This document shows positions 21,884 to 31,700 of a DNA stretch of 58,183 nt, piece by piece (the first letter of the stretch is position 1; each line of letters starts with the position of its first letter). The notes under the pieces are model-generated. The model searched no databases. It was given only the letters and a program-made list of their open reading frames with translations, and was not told where the DNA came from. The translations under genes and the position numbers were made by a program. Source of the stretch: Longimicrobium sp. (lineage in GTDB: Bacteria; Gemmatimonadota; Gemmatimonadetes; Longimicrobiales; Longimicrobiaceae); assembly GCA_036259235.1 (NCBI GenBank), contig DATACF010000078.1, forward strand, positions 1 through 58,183. Reading direction: 5' to 3'.

Positions 21884-22354
21884 CCGGTCCCGAACGGCTC
21901 CCGGCGGCGCGATGTGGCCGGAGAGGACAGGGCGGGTGGCCGCCGTTGCGACGCCGGAGGGTCGCAGATCCCCGGCGCCTGGCCCGGAAGGGTGTCGAGG
22001 ATTGGCGGGTTCGTTCGGTTTCGGGTGCGGATGTCGGGTCAGGTGTGTGGGATTTCCCGACATTCATACATCTTTGTGGGTCTGTAGATTGGAGTCTCCC
22101 GCGGCCGGATCGGCGCGGGGGCGGGGCGGTGCGGGCGCGGGGGACCGCGCGAGGGGAAAGATCCAAACTTTGCACAAACCGGGCCCGGGGCCTGGTCGCG
22201 GGATAGCAGTCCTGGAGTGTGGCGGTTCGGCGGTGGCGGGTCCGGCGCGGTGCGGGCCGGTGCGGTACGAGGGCGGGTGTGGGGCCCTGAGCGGACGACC
22301 GCGACGACTGACCGGCGTCCTTCTGACGATACATCACTGGCGAGGAACCGAAGA

Positions 22355-25300
22355 ATGAGCTTCGAGGCCGAGAACTACGAGGGCGTCCCCGAGGTGGCCG
22401 TCATCGGGATGTCGGGGCGCTTCCCCGGCGCCGACGACCTCCGGACGTACTGGCAGAACATCCGCGACGGCGTGGAGTCCATCACCTTCTTCAGCGACGA
22501 GGAGCTCCTGGCTTCCGGGCTGACGGAGGAGGAGATCTCGCACCCCGACTACGTGAAGGGCGTGGGGGCGCTCCGCGAGATCGACACCTTCGACGCCGGC
22601 TTCTTCGGCTACTCGCCCCGCGAGGCGGAGGTGCTGGAGCCCGCGCACCGGATCTTCCTGGAGTGCGCCTGGGAGGCGATGGAGAACGCGGGGTACGACC
22701 CCGCGCGCGTGGAGGGGAGCGTCGGCGTCTACGCGGGCGCCGGGAACCCGTACTACACCGAGAACAACGTCCGCGGGAACCCCGAGCTGGCCGCCACCGT
22801 CGGCGAGTTCCAGCTCGCCGTGGGGAGCGGGAAGGACTTCCTGGCCACCCGCGCGGCGTACAAGATGAACCTCCGCGGCCCCGCGGTGAGCGTCCAGACC
22901 GGGTGCTCGACCTCGCTGGTGGCCGTCCACATGGCCGCCCAGGCGCTCCTCCACGGCGAGTGCGACCTGGCGCTGGCGGGCGGCGCCTCGGTCGCCGTCC
23001 CCCACAAGACCGGCTACCTGTACTCGCACGGCGGGATCCTCTCGCCCGACGGGCACTGCCGCGCCTTCGACGCGAAGTCGGGCGGGGCGCAGGCCGGGAG
23101 CGGCGTGGGCGTCGTCGTCCTCAAGCGGCTGGAGGACGCCGTCCGCGACGGCGACCCGATCCGCGCCGTCATCAAGGGATCGGCGATCAACAACGACGGC
23201 TCCAACAAGGTGGCCTACACGGCGCCGAGCGTCGAGGGCCAGGCCGCGGTGGTCCGCGAGGCGCTGGAGGTGGCCGACGTCCACCCCGAGACCATCGGCT
23301 ACATCGAGTCGCACGGGACGGGGACGGAGCTGGGCGACCCGATCGAGATCGCGGCGCTCACCCAGGCGTACCGCACCTGGACCGACCGCAAGCAGTACGT
23401 CACCGTCAGCGCGGTGAAGACCAACATCGGCCACCTCGACACGGCGGCCGGGATCGCGGGCTTCATCAAGGCCGTCCTGGCGCTGGAGGCCAAGGAGCTT
23501 CCGCCCACCGTCCACTTCGAGGCGCCGAACCCCAAGATCGACTTCGCTTCCTCGCCCTTCCTCGTCCGCGGCAAGGCGGCGAAGTGGGAGGCGAACGGGA
23601 CGCCGCGCCGCGCGGGGGTCTCCTCGTTCGGGATCGGCGGCACCAACGCGCACATCATCCTGGAGGAGGCGCCCGAGGTCGAGCCCTCGCGCGCCCGCCG
23701 CGACACGCACCTCCTCGTCCTCTCGGCCCGGTCGGGCGCCGCGCTCGACCAGGCGACGGCGAACCTGGCCAACCACCTCCGCGCGAACCCGGAGGCGAAG
23801 CTGGCCGAGGTGGCGCACACCCTCCAGTCCGGCCGCCGCGAGTTCACGCACCGCCGCGCCCTCGTCGTCCGCGAGGGCGAGGACGCCGCCGCGCTCCTGG
23901 ACGCGCGCCAGCCCGACCGCGTCGCGACCGGGGTGGCGGAGGCGGGGCACCGCTCGGTGGCCTTCCTCTTCCCCGGCCTGGGCGACCAGTACGTGCAGAT
24001 GGCGCGCGGCCTCTACGAGGGCGAGCCGGCCTTCCGCGCCGAGGTGGACCGCTGCGCCGGGGTGCTGCGGCAGCACATGGGGCTCGACATCCGCGAGGTG
24101 ATCTTCCCCGGCGAGGCGCCCGCGGCCCCCGCGCCCGGCGCGTCGGCCGGCTTCGACCTCAAGGCGATGCTCGGCCGCGGCCAGGCGGAAGCCGACCCCA
24201 ACGCCGAGCGGCTCAACCGCACGGAGCTGGCGCAGCCCGCCACCTTCGTGATCGAGTACGCGCTGGCGAAGCTGTGGGAGAGCTGGGGCGTCCGGCCCGA
24301 GGCGGTGATCGGCCACTCGCTGGGCGAGTACGTGGCCGCCTGCGTGGCCGGCGTCTTCACCCTGGAGGACTCGCTCCAGCTCGTCGCCGAGCGGGCGCGG
24401 ATGATCCAGGAGCAGCCCGGCGGCTCCATGCTCGCCGTCTCGCTCTCGGCCGACGCCGTGAAGCCGTTCCTCGTGGACGGCGCGGTGATCTCGACCATCA
24501 ACGCCCCCGAGATGTGCGTCGTGGCGGGGACGGACGAGGCGGTGGCCGAGGTCCAGCAGAAGATCGAAGGCGCGGGGCACGTGGCGCGGAAGCTGGCGAC
24601 CACGCACGCCTTCCACTCGCCGATGATGGACCCGGTGGTGGAGCGGCTGGCCGAGACGATCTCGCGGATGACGCTCTCGCCGCCCCGCGTGCCGATGATC
24701 TCCAACGTCACCGGCACCTGGATCACCGGCGCCGAGGCCACCGACCCGCGCTACTGGGCCCGCCACCTCCGCGAGACGGTGCAGTTCGACCGCGGCGCGG
24801 GCGAGCTCCTCCGCGAGCCCGGGCGCGTCCTCCTGGAGGTGGGCCCGGGCCAGACGCTCAGCACCTTCGTCCGCCAGCGCGGCGCCGCCGCCGCGGACGT
24901 CCCCGTCATCCCGTCGATCCGCTACCCGTACGACCGGACGACCGACACGGCCTTCCTCCTGGCGGCGCTCGGCCGCCTCTGGATCGCGGGCGTGACGCCG
25001 GACTGGCAGGCGGTGCACGAGGGCGAGGCGCTCCGGCGCGTGGCGCTCCCGACCTACCCGTGGGAGCGGCAGCGGTACTGGGTGGAGGCCCCGAAGCGAG
25101 GCGCCTTCTTCCAGCCGCAGGTCCGCGCCGGCAAGCTCCCCAGCCCGGCCGACTGGCTCTTCGTCCCGGTGTGGAAGCGCACCCCGGCCGTCCGCGCGGC
25201 GGCCGAGAGCGCCGGCACCGTCCTCGTCTTCGCCGACGGGACGCCGCTCGCGTCGGGCGTCGTCCAGGGGCTCAAGGACGCGGGGCGCGAGGTGATCGCC

Positions 25301-26911
25301 GTCACCCCGGGCGAGCGCTTCGCCAGCGCGGGCGCCGGCGCGTACACCCTCCGCCCCGAGGGGAAGGAGGACTACCGCGACCTGATCGAGGCGCTCTCCG
25401 CCTCGGAGCGCGTCCCCTCGCTCGTCGTCCACCTCTGGAGCGTGGCCGACGAGACGTCGGACCGCGGCGTGGTGAGCCTCCTGATGCTCGCCGACGCCGT
25501 GGCGCGCCGCACCGAGCCGCTGCAGGTGGTCGTCGTCACCTCCGGCACCCAGGAGGTCACGGGCGACGAGGAGATCGTCCCGGCCAAGGCGGCGCTCCCG
25601 GGCGCCGTGCGGGTGATTCCCCAGGAGATGCACAACGTCAAGGTCCGCACGGTGGACGTCCCGGCCTCGGCGGCGCAGGTGGCCGCGCTGGCCGCGCCGC
25701 TGGTCGCGGAGGCGCTCTCGGGCGCCGGGGACGACGCGGTGGCGTACCGCGGGCGGCACCGCTGGACGCGCGGCTTCGAGCCGGTGAAGCCGGCCGGCGA
25801 CGGCGCGGCGCGCTTCCGCCAGGGCGGGGTCTACCTCTTCGTGGGCGGGCTCAACGGCCGCAACGAGACCTTCGCCACGCACCTCTTCGAGACCTACGGG
25901 GCCAGGCTCGTCCTCGTCGACGCGCTGGTGCCGCACCGCGGCGCGTGGGACTCGGTGATCAAGGCGCGCCTCGAGGAGGACCCGCTCCGCATCCAGATCG
26001 AGCGCATTCGCCAGCTGGAGGCCGAGGGCGCCGAGATCCTCACCGTCCAGGCGCTCCCCTTCGAGGCGGGGCAGATGGGCGACGCGCTCGCCCAGGCCGA
26101 GGCGCGCTTCGGCCAGGTCCACGGCGTCTTCTTCTCGCCGCTGGCCGGCCACGAGGCGGGCTTCGCGTCGATCTCCGAGGCGCGCCCGGCCGAGTGGGAG
26201 AAGCTGGTGGCGCACATGGTCCAGGAGCTGGCGGGCGTGGAGCGCGGCTTCGAGGGGCGGGCCTTCGACTTCTTCATCGTCGAGAGCTCGCTCACCCCCG
26301 AGCTGGGCGGGGTGGGCCTCGCCAAGCTGGCGGCCGACCACGCGGTGGTGAACGCCTTCGTCCAGCGCCACAACGCGGTCTCGGCGCAGGTGTGGACGGG
26401 CGCCGCGTGGGACCGCTGGTACGGCGAGGGCGAGTCGGCCGAGCACTACGGGATGTCGCTCCCCGAGGCCAGGACGGTCCTCGCCCACCTGCTCACCGTC
26501 ACCGGCGAGGGGGTCGTCCTCCTCTCGACGGGCGACGTGGAGCACCGGATGGAGCACGCGGCGCACCTCGCCTCGTCGGCGTCGGCCGCCACGCAGTACG
26601 CGCGGCCGGAGCTGGGGAACGAGTACTTCGCGCCCACGACGGAGCTGGAGGAGCGGGTGGCCGCGATGTGGGAGGAGCTGCTGGGCATCTCCCCGATCGG
26701 CATCCACGACGACTTCTTCGGGCTGGGCGGCCACTCGCTCCTGGCCACGCAGATCATCTCCCGCGTCCGCGAGATGTTCGCGCTGGAGCTGCCGCTGAAG
26801 GCGATCTTCGAGGCGCCGACCATCGCCAAGTTCTCGGCCCTCATCGAGGCGGCCATCATCGCCGAGATCGAGGCGCTGTCGGACGAAGAGGCGATGAGCC
26901 TGGTGGAGTAG
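22355..26911 (+). CDS. Type I PKS module KS-AT-KR(inactive)-carrier, 1518 aa
   Basis: Start MSFEAENYEG after a gagg RBS-like motif. KS motifs VAVIGMSGRFPGA, QTGCSTSL, HGTGT and NIGHLD. AT motifs GHSLG and HAFHS. KR has a degenerate dinucleotide motif (GGLNGRN) and no catalytic Tyr. Carrier GGHSL. C-terminal AEIEALSDEEA. Confidence 0.94.
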   Translation: MSFEAENYEGVPEVAVIGMSGRFPGADDLRTYWQNIRDGVESITFFSDEELLASGLTEEEISHPDYVKGVGALREIDTFDAGFFGYSPREAEVLEPAHRIFLECAWEAMENAGYDPARVEGSVGVYAGAGNPYYTENNVRGNPELAATVGEFQLAVGSGKDFLATRAAYKMNLRGPAVSVQTGCSTSLVAVHMAAQALLHGECDLALAGGASVAVPHKTGYLYSHGGILSPDGHCRAFDAKSGGAQAGSGVGVVVLKRLEDAVRDGDPIRAVIKGSAINNDGSNKVAYTAPSVEGQAAVVREALEVADVHPETIGYIESHGTGTELGDPIEIAALTQAYRTWTDRKQYVTVSAVKTNIGHLDTAAGIAGFIKAVLALEAKELPPTVHFEAPNPKIDFASSPFLVRGKAAKWEANGTPRRAGVSSFGIGGTNAHIILEEAPEVEPSRARRDTHLLVLSARSGAALDQATANLANHLRANPEAKLAEVAHTLQSGRREFTHRRALVVREGEDAAALLDARQPDRVATGVAEAGHRSVAFLFPGLGDQYVQMARGLYEGEPAFRAEVDRCAGVLRQHMGLDIREVIFPGEAPAAPAPGASAGFDLKAMLGRGQAEADPNAERLNRTELAQPATFVIEYALAKLWESWGVRPEAVIGHSLGEYVAACVAGVFTLEDSLQLVAERARMIQEQPGGSMLAVSLSADAVKPFLVDGAVISTINAPEMCVVAGTDEAVAEVQQKIEGAGHVARKLATTHAFHSPMMDPVVERLAETISRMTLSPPRVPMISNVTGTWITGAEATDPRYWARHLRETVQFDRGAGELLREPGRVLLEVGPGQTLSTFVRQRGAAAADVPVIPSIRYPYDRTTDTAFLLAALGRLWIAGVTPDWQAVHEGEALRRVALPTYPWERQRYWVEAPKRGAFFQPQVRAGKLPSPADWLFVPVWKRTPAVRAAAESAGTVLVFADGTPLASGVVQGLKDAGREVIAVTPGERFASAGAGAYTLRPEGKEDYRDLIEALSASERVPSLVVHLWSVADETSDRGVVSLLMLADAVARRTEPLQVVVVTSGTQEVTGDEEIVPAKAALPGAVRVIPQEMHNVKVRTVDVPASAAQVAALAAPLVAEALSGAGDDAVAYRGRHRWTRGFEPVKPAGDGAARFRQGGVYLFVGGLNGRNETFATHLFETYGARLVLVDALVPHRGAWDSVIKARLEEDPLRIQIERIRQLEAEGAEILTVQALPFEAGQMGDALAQAEARFGQVHGVFFSPLAGHEAGFASISEARPAEWEKLVAHMVQELAGVERGFEGRAFDFFIVESSLTPELGGVGLAKLAADHAVVNAFVQRHNAVSAQVWTGAAWDRWYGEGESAEHYGMSLPEARTVLAHLLTVTGEGVVLLSTGDVEHRMEHAAHLASSASAATQYARPELGNEYFAPTTELEERVAAMWEELLGISPIGIHDDFFGLGGHSLLATQIISRVREMFALELPLKAIFEAPTIAKFSALIEAAIIAEIEALSDEEAMSLVE

Positions 26912-26927
26912 GCTTCCACCACGGCCC

Positions 26928-27204
26928 ATCGGAGGAAGGATCGGAGGAATCGGTGGTGGGGGGGCGGATGGACGTCGCATGCGGCGGGCTCCGCGGCCCC
27001 CACCCCCCGACCCCCTGCCTCCGCTGCGCGGGGGAGGGGGAGAGCTTCGATCCGGGGGGCGCACGGAGGCGCTGGTCACCGGCCACGCGGGGTCTTCCGC
27101 CGAACCGACGGCCCGCAGGCCGCGACGGGCCCCAGCGCCCCTCTCCCAGAATTGGGAGAGGGTGGCGAGCCTGAGGCGAGCCGGGTGAGGGCCCGCGCGG
27201 AGCC
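26928..27204. repeat. Composite REP/BIME-like intergenic repeat, copy A
   Basis: Ordered units: (g)atcggagg repeats; gcggcccccacccccc...ggggagggggagagcttcga; palindrome ccctctccc-agaatt-gggagaggg followed by tggcgagcctgaggcgagccgggtgagggccc. The same units occur in the same order at 36992-37293. Confidence 0.75.
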
Positions 27205-27315
27205 CGACGCCTCGCAACCCTCCGTCGAAGCCGAGCCGTTTGCAGTTCAGCAGTTCTACCCCAAGCAGCGTCCGGGCCGTCCGCGGCCCTTGACCATAGA
27301 TCGCGAGGAGCACCG

Positions 27316-28416
27316 ATGAGCGAGACGGCGGTGGGGACGGTGGAGGCGGGCGCGGTGGCGGCGCCCGTCCCCGCGGAGAAGAAGAAGGTGAAGGAGATCA
27401 AGTGCGTGGTGTGGGACCTCGACCACACCGTCTGGGACGGCGTCCTGTTGGAGGACGGCGAGGTGCCGCTCCGCGAGGGGGTGGAGGAGATCATGCGCGA
27501 GCTCGACGCCCGCGGCATCCTCCAGTCCGTCGCCAGCAAGAACGATTATGCCCACGCCTGGGCGCGGCTGGAGGCGCTGGGGATCTCGGACTACTTCCTG
27601 TACCCGAAGATCAACTGGAACGCCAAGGGCCAGAACATCGAGCAGATCGCGAAGGACCTGAACATCGGGATCGACACCTTCGCCTTCGTCGACGACCAGC
27701 CCTTCGAGCGCGACGAGGTGGCCCACGCCGTCCCCGCCGTGCGCGTCTACGACGCCGCCGACCTGGCGTCGCTCCTGGGGCTCCCGGAGATGAACCCGAA
27801 GTTCATCACCGACGACTCCCGCAAGCGCCGCCTGATGTACCAGGCCGACGCCGCCCGCAACGCCGCCGAGGCCGAGTTCCAGGGGCCCTCCGAGGAGTTC
27901 CTGGCCGGGCTCGACATGCGCTTCACCCTCGCCCCCTGCGGCGAGGAGGACCTGAAGCGGGCCGAGGAGCTGACGGTGCGGACCAACCAGCTCAACACCA
28001 CCGGCTATACGTACGACTACGACGAGCTGGACGCCTTCCGCCGCTCCGACCGCCACCTCCTCCTGGTGGCCGGCCTCGACGACCGCTACGGGAGCTACGG
28101 GAAGATCGGGCTGGCGCTGGTCGAGAAGACCTCGCCCGAGTTCTGGACGATCAAGCTCCTCCTGATGTCGTGCCGCGTGATGTCGCGCGGGGTGGGGACG
28201 ATCATGATGTCGCACATCATGAGCGAGGCGAAGGCCGCCGGGGCCAAGCTGCGCGCCGAGTTCAAGTCGAACGGCCGCAACCGGATGATGGAGGTCACCT
28301 ACCGCTTCGGCGGCTTCCGCGAGGTCTCGCGCGAGGACGAGCTCGTCCTCTTCGAGCACGACCTGGAGACCATCCAGCCCCTCCCCGCCTACGTGCAGGT
28401 GGCGATCACGCGGTAG
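27316..28416 (+). CDS. fkbH: FkbH-like HAD-IIIC glyceryl transferase/phosphatase
   Basis: RBS gaggag. HAD motif KCVVWDLDHTVWDG, plus ASKN, FVDDQPFER, RTNQLN and LMSCRV (conserved Cys). Length 366 aa fits the stand-alone FkbH type. Confidence 0.92.
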   Translation: MSETAVGTVEAGAVAAPVPAEKKKVKEIKCVVWDLDHTVWDGVLLEDGEVPLREGVEEIMRELDARGILQSVASKNDYAHAWARLEALGISDYFLYPKINWNAKGQNIEQIAKDLNIGIDTFAFVDDQPFERDEVAHAVPAVRVYDAADLASLLGLPEMNPKFITDDSRKRRLMYQADAARNAAEAEFQGPSEEFLAGLDMRFTLAPCGEEDLKRAEELTVRTNQLNTTGYTYDYDELDAFRRSDRHLLLVAGLDDRYGSYGKIGLALVEKTSPEFWTIKLLLMSCRVMSRGVGTIMMSHIMSEAKAAGAKLRAEFKSNGRNRMMEVTYRFGGFREVSREDELVLFEHDLETIQPLPAYVQVAITR

Positions 28417-28467
28417 GCCGGAGCGGGACGACGGCGCGCGGGAGGGCACCCGCCCGGGCGCCGTTCT

Positions 28468-28512
28468 CCCCCTCTCCCAGGGGTTGGGAGAGGGGGCCGG
28501 CGGGTGAGGGCC
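28468..28512. repeat. REP-like palindrome
   Basis: cccctctccc-aggggtt-gggagagggg followed by gggtgagggcc; same family as 27138-27193 and 37225-37280. Confidence 0.7.
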
Positions 28513-28755
28513 GACGGGCCCGCGGGAACGCTCCCCGGCCCGTCGTCGAGCGAAGTCGGGTTCGTCGAAGCGAGATCGTAGCAGCGGATTCGTGGCAGCG
28601 AGACCCATAGAAGCGGGACCGATCACGGAACGAGCAGGCCGAGGCAGTCACGCAGTACGCGGCACCGGACCCACGGCAGGACCTCACGCGCGCACACCGG
28701 CGCGCGGCGGGCTTCACGGACGGAGGCGGAAACCAGCGCACCGCGGCACCCTTTC

Positions 28756-31700
28756 ATGAACCGGCAGAACGTCGAGGACCTGTATCCCCTGACCCCGCTC
28801 CAGCAGGGGATGCTGTTCCACACCGTCTACTCGCCCTCCAGCGGCGCGTACACCGAGCAGCTCACCATGCGGATGCAGGGGGAGATGCGCGCGGAGCTGT
28901 ACGCGCGGGCGTGGCGGGCGGCGGTCGAGCGCCACGGGGCGCTGCGGACGGCGTTCGTCTGGGAGAAGGTGCCCAAGCCCCTCCAGGTCGTCTTCCGCGC
29001 CGTCGAGGTGCCCTTCGAGACGCACGACTGGCGGGGGCACTCCGAGGCCGAGCAGAGCGCGCTGATGGCCGCCTTCCTCGAGGACGACCGCCGCCGCGGC
29101 TTCGACCTGACGAAGGCGCCGCTGGTGCGGATCAATGTCTTCCTCCTCGACGAGGAGCGGTGCAGCGCCGTCCTCACCATGCACCACCTCCTCTTCGACG
29201 GGTGGTCGTTCGGCACCGTCAACGCCGAGGTGATGTCGCTCTACAACGCGTGGGCCCGCGGCGAGACGGTGGAGCTGCCGCGGCTGAAGCCCTTCCGCGA
29301 GTACGTGGCGTGGCTGGCCCGGCAGGACATGGACGCGGCCGAGCGCTTCTGGCGCCGGTCGCTCGACGGCTTCCGCGCGCCGACGCCGCTGGGCGTCGAC
29401 CGCCCGTGCGCCCCGGGCGCGGTCACCGAAGAGTATGGATACGCCAAAGTGAAGGTGGGCCCCGAGACGGCGCGGGCGCTCCAGGCGCTGGCCCGCCGGC
29501 ACGGACTGACGGTCAACACCCTCCTCCAGGGCGCGTGGGCGCTCCTCCTCTCCCGCTATGCCGGGGAGCCGGACGTGGTCTTCGGCTGCACCGTCTCCGG
29601 GCGGCCGGGCGACCTCCCGGGGGTGCGCGAGATGGTGGGGCTGTTCATCAACACCCTCCCCATGCGCGTCCGCGTCGAGCCGGCCGCGCCGCTGATGGAG
29701 TGGCTCCACGCCCTCCAGGACGACCAGGCCGAGCTCCGCCAGCACGAGCACTCGCCGCTGGTGGACGTGCAGGGGTGGAGCGAGGTGCCCCGCGGGCGCC
29801 CGCTCTTCGAGTCGCTGGTGGTGTTCGAGAACTACCCGATGAAGCGCGACGACCCCGGCGACATCCTCAAGATCGTCGACGGGGCCTCGCCCGAGCGGAC
29901 CAACTACCCGCTGGTGCTGGTCGTCGTCCCCGGCCCCGACGCGCTCATCCTCCGCCTCACCTACGACCCCGCGCGCCTCGCGCCCGCGGCGGCCGAGGGG
30001 GTCCTCCGCCACCTCTCCACCCTCCTGGAGGAGATGGCCCGCGACCCCGGGCGGCGGCTGTGCGACCTCCCGATGGTGACGGAGGAGGAGCGGGCGCGGC
30101 TGGTGGACGAGTGGGGGACGCGCGCCCTGGCCTACCCGCGCGACGCCACGCTCACCGAGGTCTTCGAGGCCCAGGTGGCGGCCACCCCCGACGCGGTCGC
30201 CGTCGCCTTCGGCGGGGACTCGCTCACCTACGCGGAGCTGAACGCCCGCGCCAACCGCCTCGCGCGCCGCCTCCGGGCCCTCGGCGCGGGGCCGGGGGTG
30301 CGGGTGGCGCTCCCCTCGGCGCGCTCGCTGGAGCTGGTCGTCTCGCTCCTGGGCGTCCTCAAGTCCGGCGCGGCGTACGTCCCCCTCGACCCCGGGTACC
30401 CGGCCGAGCGGCTGGCCTTCCTCCTCGCCGACTCCGGCGCCGCCGCCCTCGTCGTCCCCGCCGGGGTCCCCGCGGCCTTCGCCGGCTTCCGCGGCCCCGT
30501 GGTCTCCCTCCGCGACGTGGTGGCGGCCGACGACGACCCGCACGCCGACGCCAACCCCGGCCATGGGGGGCAGGCGGCGACGGACCCGGCGTGCCTGATC
30601 TACACCTCCGGCTCCACCGGCCGCCCCAAGGCGGTGCTGGCGACGCACCGGGCGTTCGTGCGGGTGGCGGTCGCCGGCGGCTTCGCGGAGATCGGGCCGG
30701 GGACGGGGTTCCTCCAGCTGGCGCCGCTCACCTTCGACGTGGGGAGCTTCGAGGTCTTCGCGGCGCTCCTGAACGGCGCGCGCCTCGAGGTCTTCCCCCC
30801 CGAGGTGCCGAGTCCCGAGGCGCTGGGCGCTTTCCTGCGCGACCGCGCGGTCGACACGCTCTGGCTCACCACGGGGCTCCTGAACCAGGTGGTGGAGGCC
30901 GCGCCCGAGGTCCTGGGGTGCGCCCGCCGCCTCCTCACCGGGGGCGAGGCGATGTCGCCCGCCACGGCGAAGCGGCTCCTGGCGGTGCACCCGCACCTCC
31001 CGGTGGTCAACCTCTACGGCCCCACCGAGACGGGGGTCTACGCCACCGCCCACCGGGTGACGGAGGAGGACCTGGGGCGGACGTCGATCCCCCTGGGCCA
31101 CCCGGTCCCCAACACCCGCGTCGTCCTCGTCGACGCTGCGCTCCGGCCGGTCGCCACCGGCGTCCCGGGGGAGGTGTGCATCGGCGGCGACGCGGTGGCC
31201 ATCGGCTACCACGGGCGGCCCGCGCTCACCGCCGAGCGCTTCGTCCCCGACCCCTTCTCGGCCGAGCCGGGGGCGCGGATGTACCGGACGGGCGACCGGG
31301 CGCGGTGGCTCCCCGAGGGGGTGATGGAGTTCATCGGCCGCCTCGACTTCCAGGTCAAGCTCCGCGGCTTCCGCGTCGAGCCCGACGAGGTCGCGGCCGC
31401 CCTCTGCGACCTGGAGGAGGTCCGCGACGCCGTCGTCCTCGCCCGCTCCGACGCGGGGGGCGAGCTCTACCTGGCCGCCTACGTCGTGGCCGATGTGCGC
31501 GACGCGGAGGCGCTGCGGGCCTCTCTCCGGGGGCGGCTCCCGGACTTCATGGTCCCCGCCGCCTGGGTCTTCCTCGACGCGCTCCCGCTGAACGCGCACG
31601 GCAAGGTCGACCGCGCCGCGCTCCCCGAGCCCGACGAGGGCGCCCGCGCCCGCGCGGCCGCGCACGTCCCGCCGCGCACGGAGACGGAGATGGCGCTGGC

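Noticed and set aside
22217-22354. Upstream extensions of the PKS, and of the genes listed from 11265, 32113 and 37321
   Set aside because: Low-complexity translation of intergenic or overlapping DNA. Docking or C1 motifs and RBS/overlap signals mark the downstream ATGs.
26979-27188. Small intergenic ORFs (also 37006-37260, 37238-37531) as RiPP precursors, MbtH or a free ACP
   Set aside because: They translate the REP-like repeats and show no MbtH Trp pattern, no GxDS/GxHS carrier motif and no leader features.
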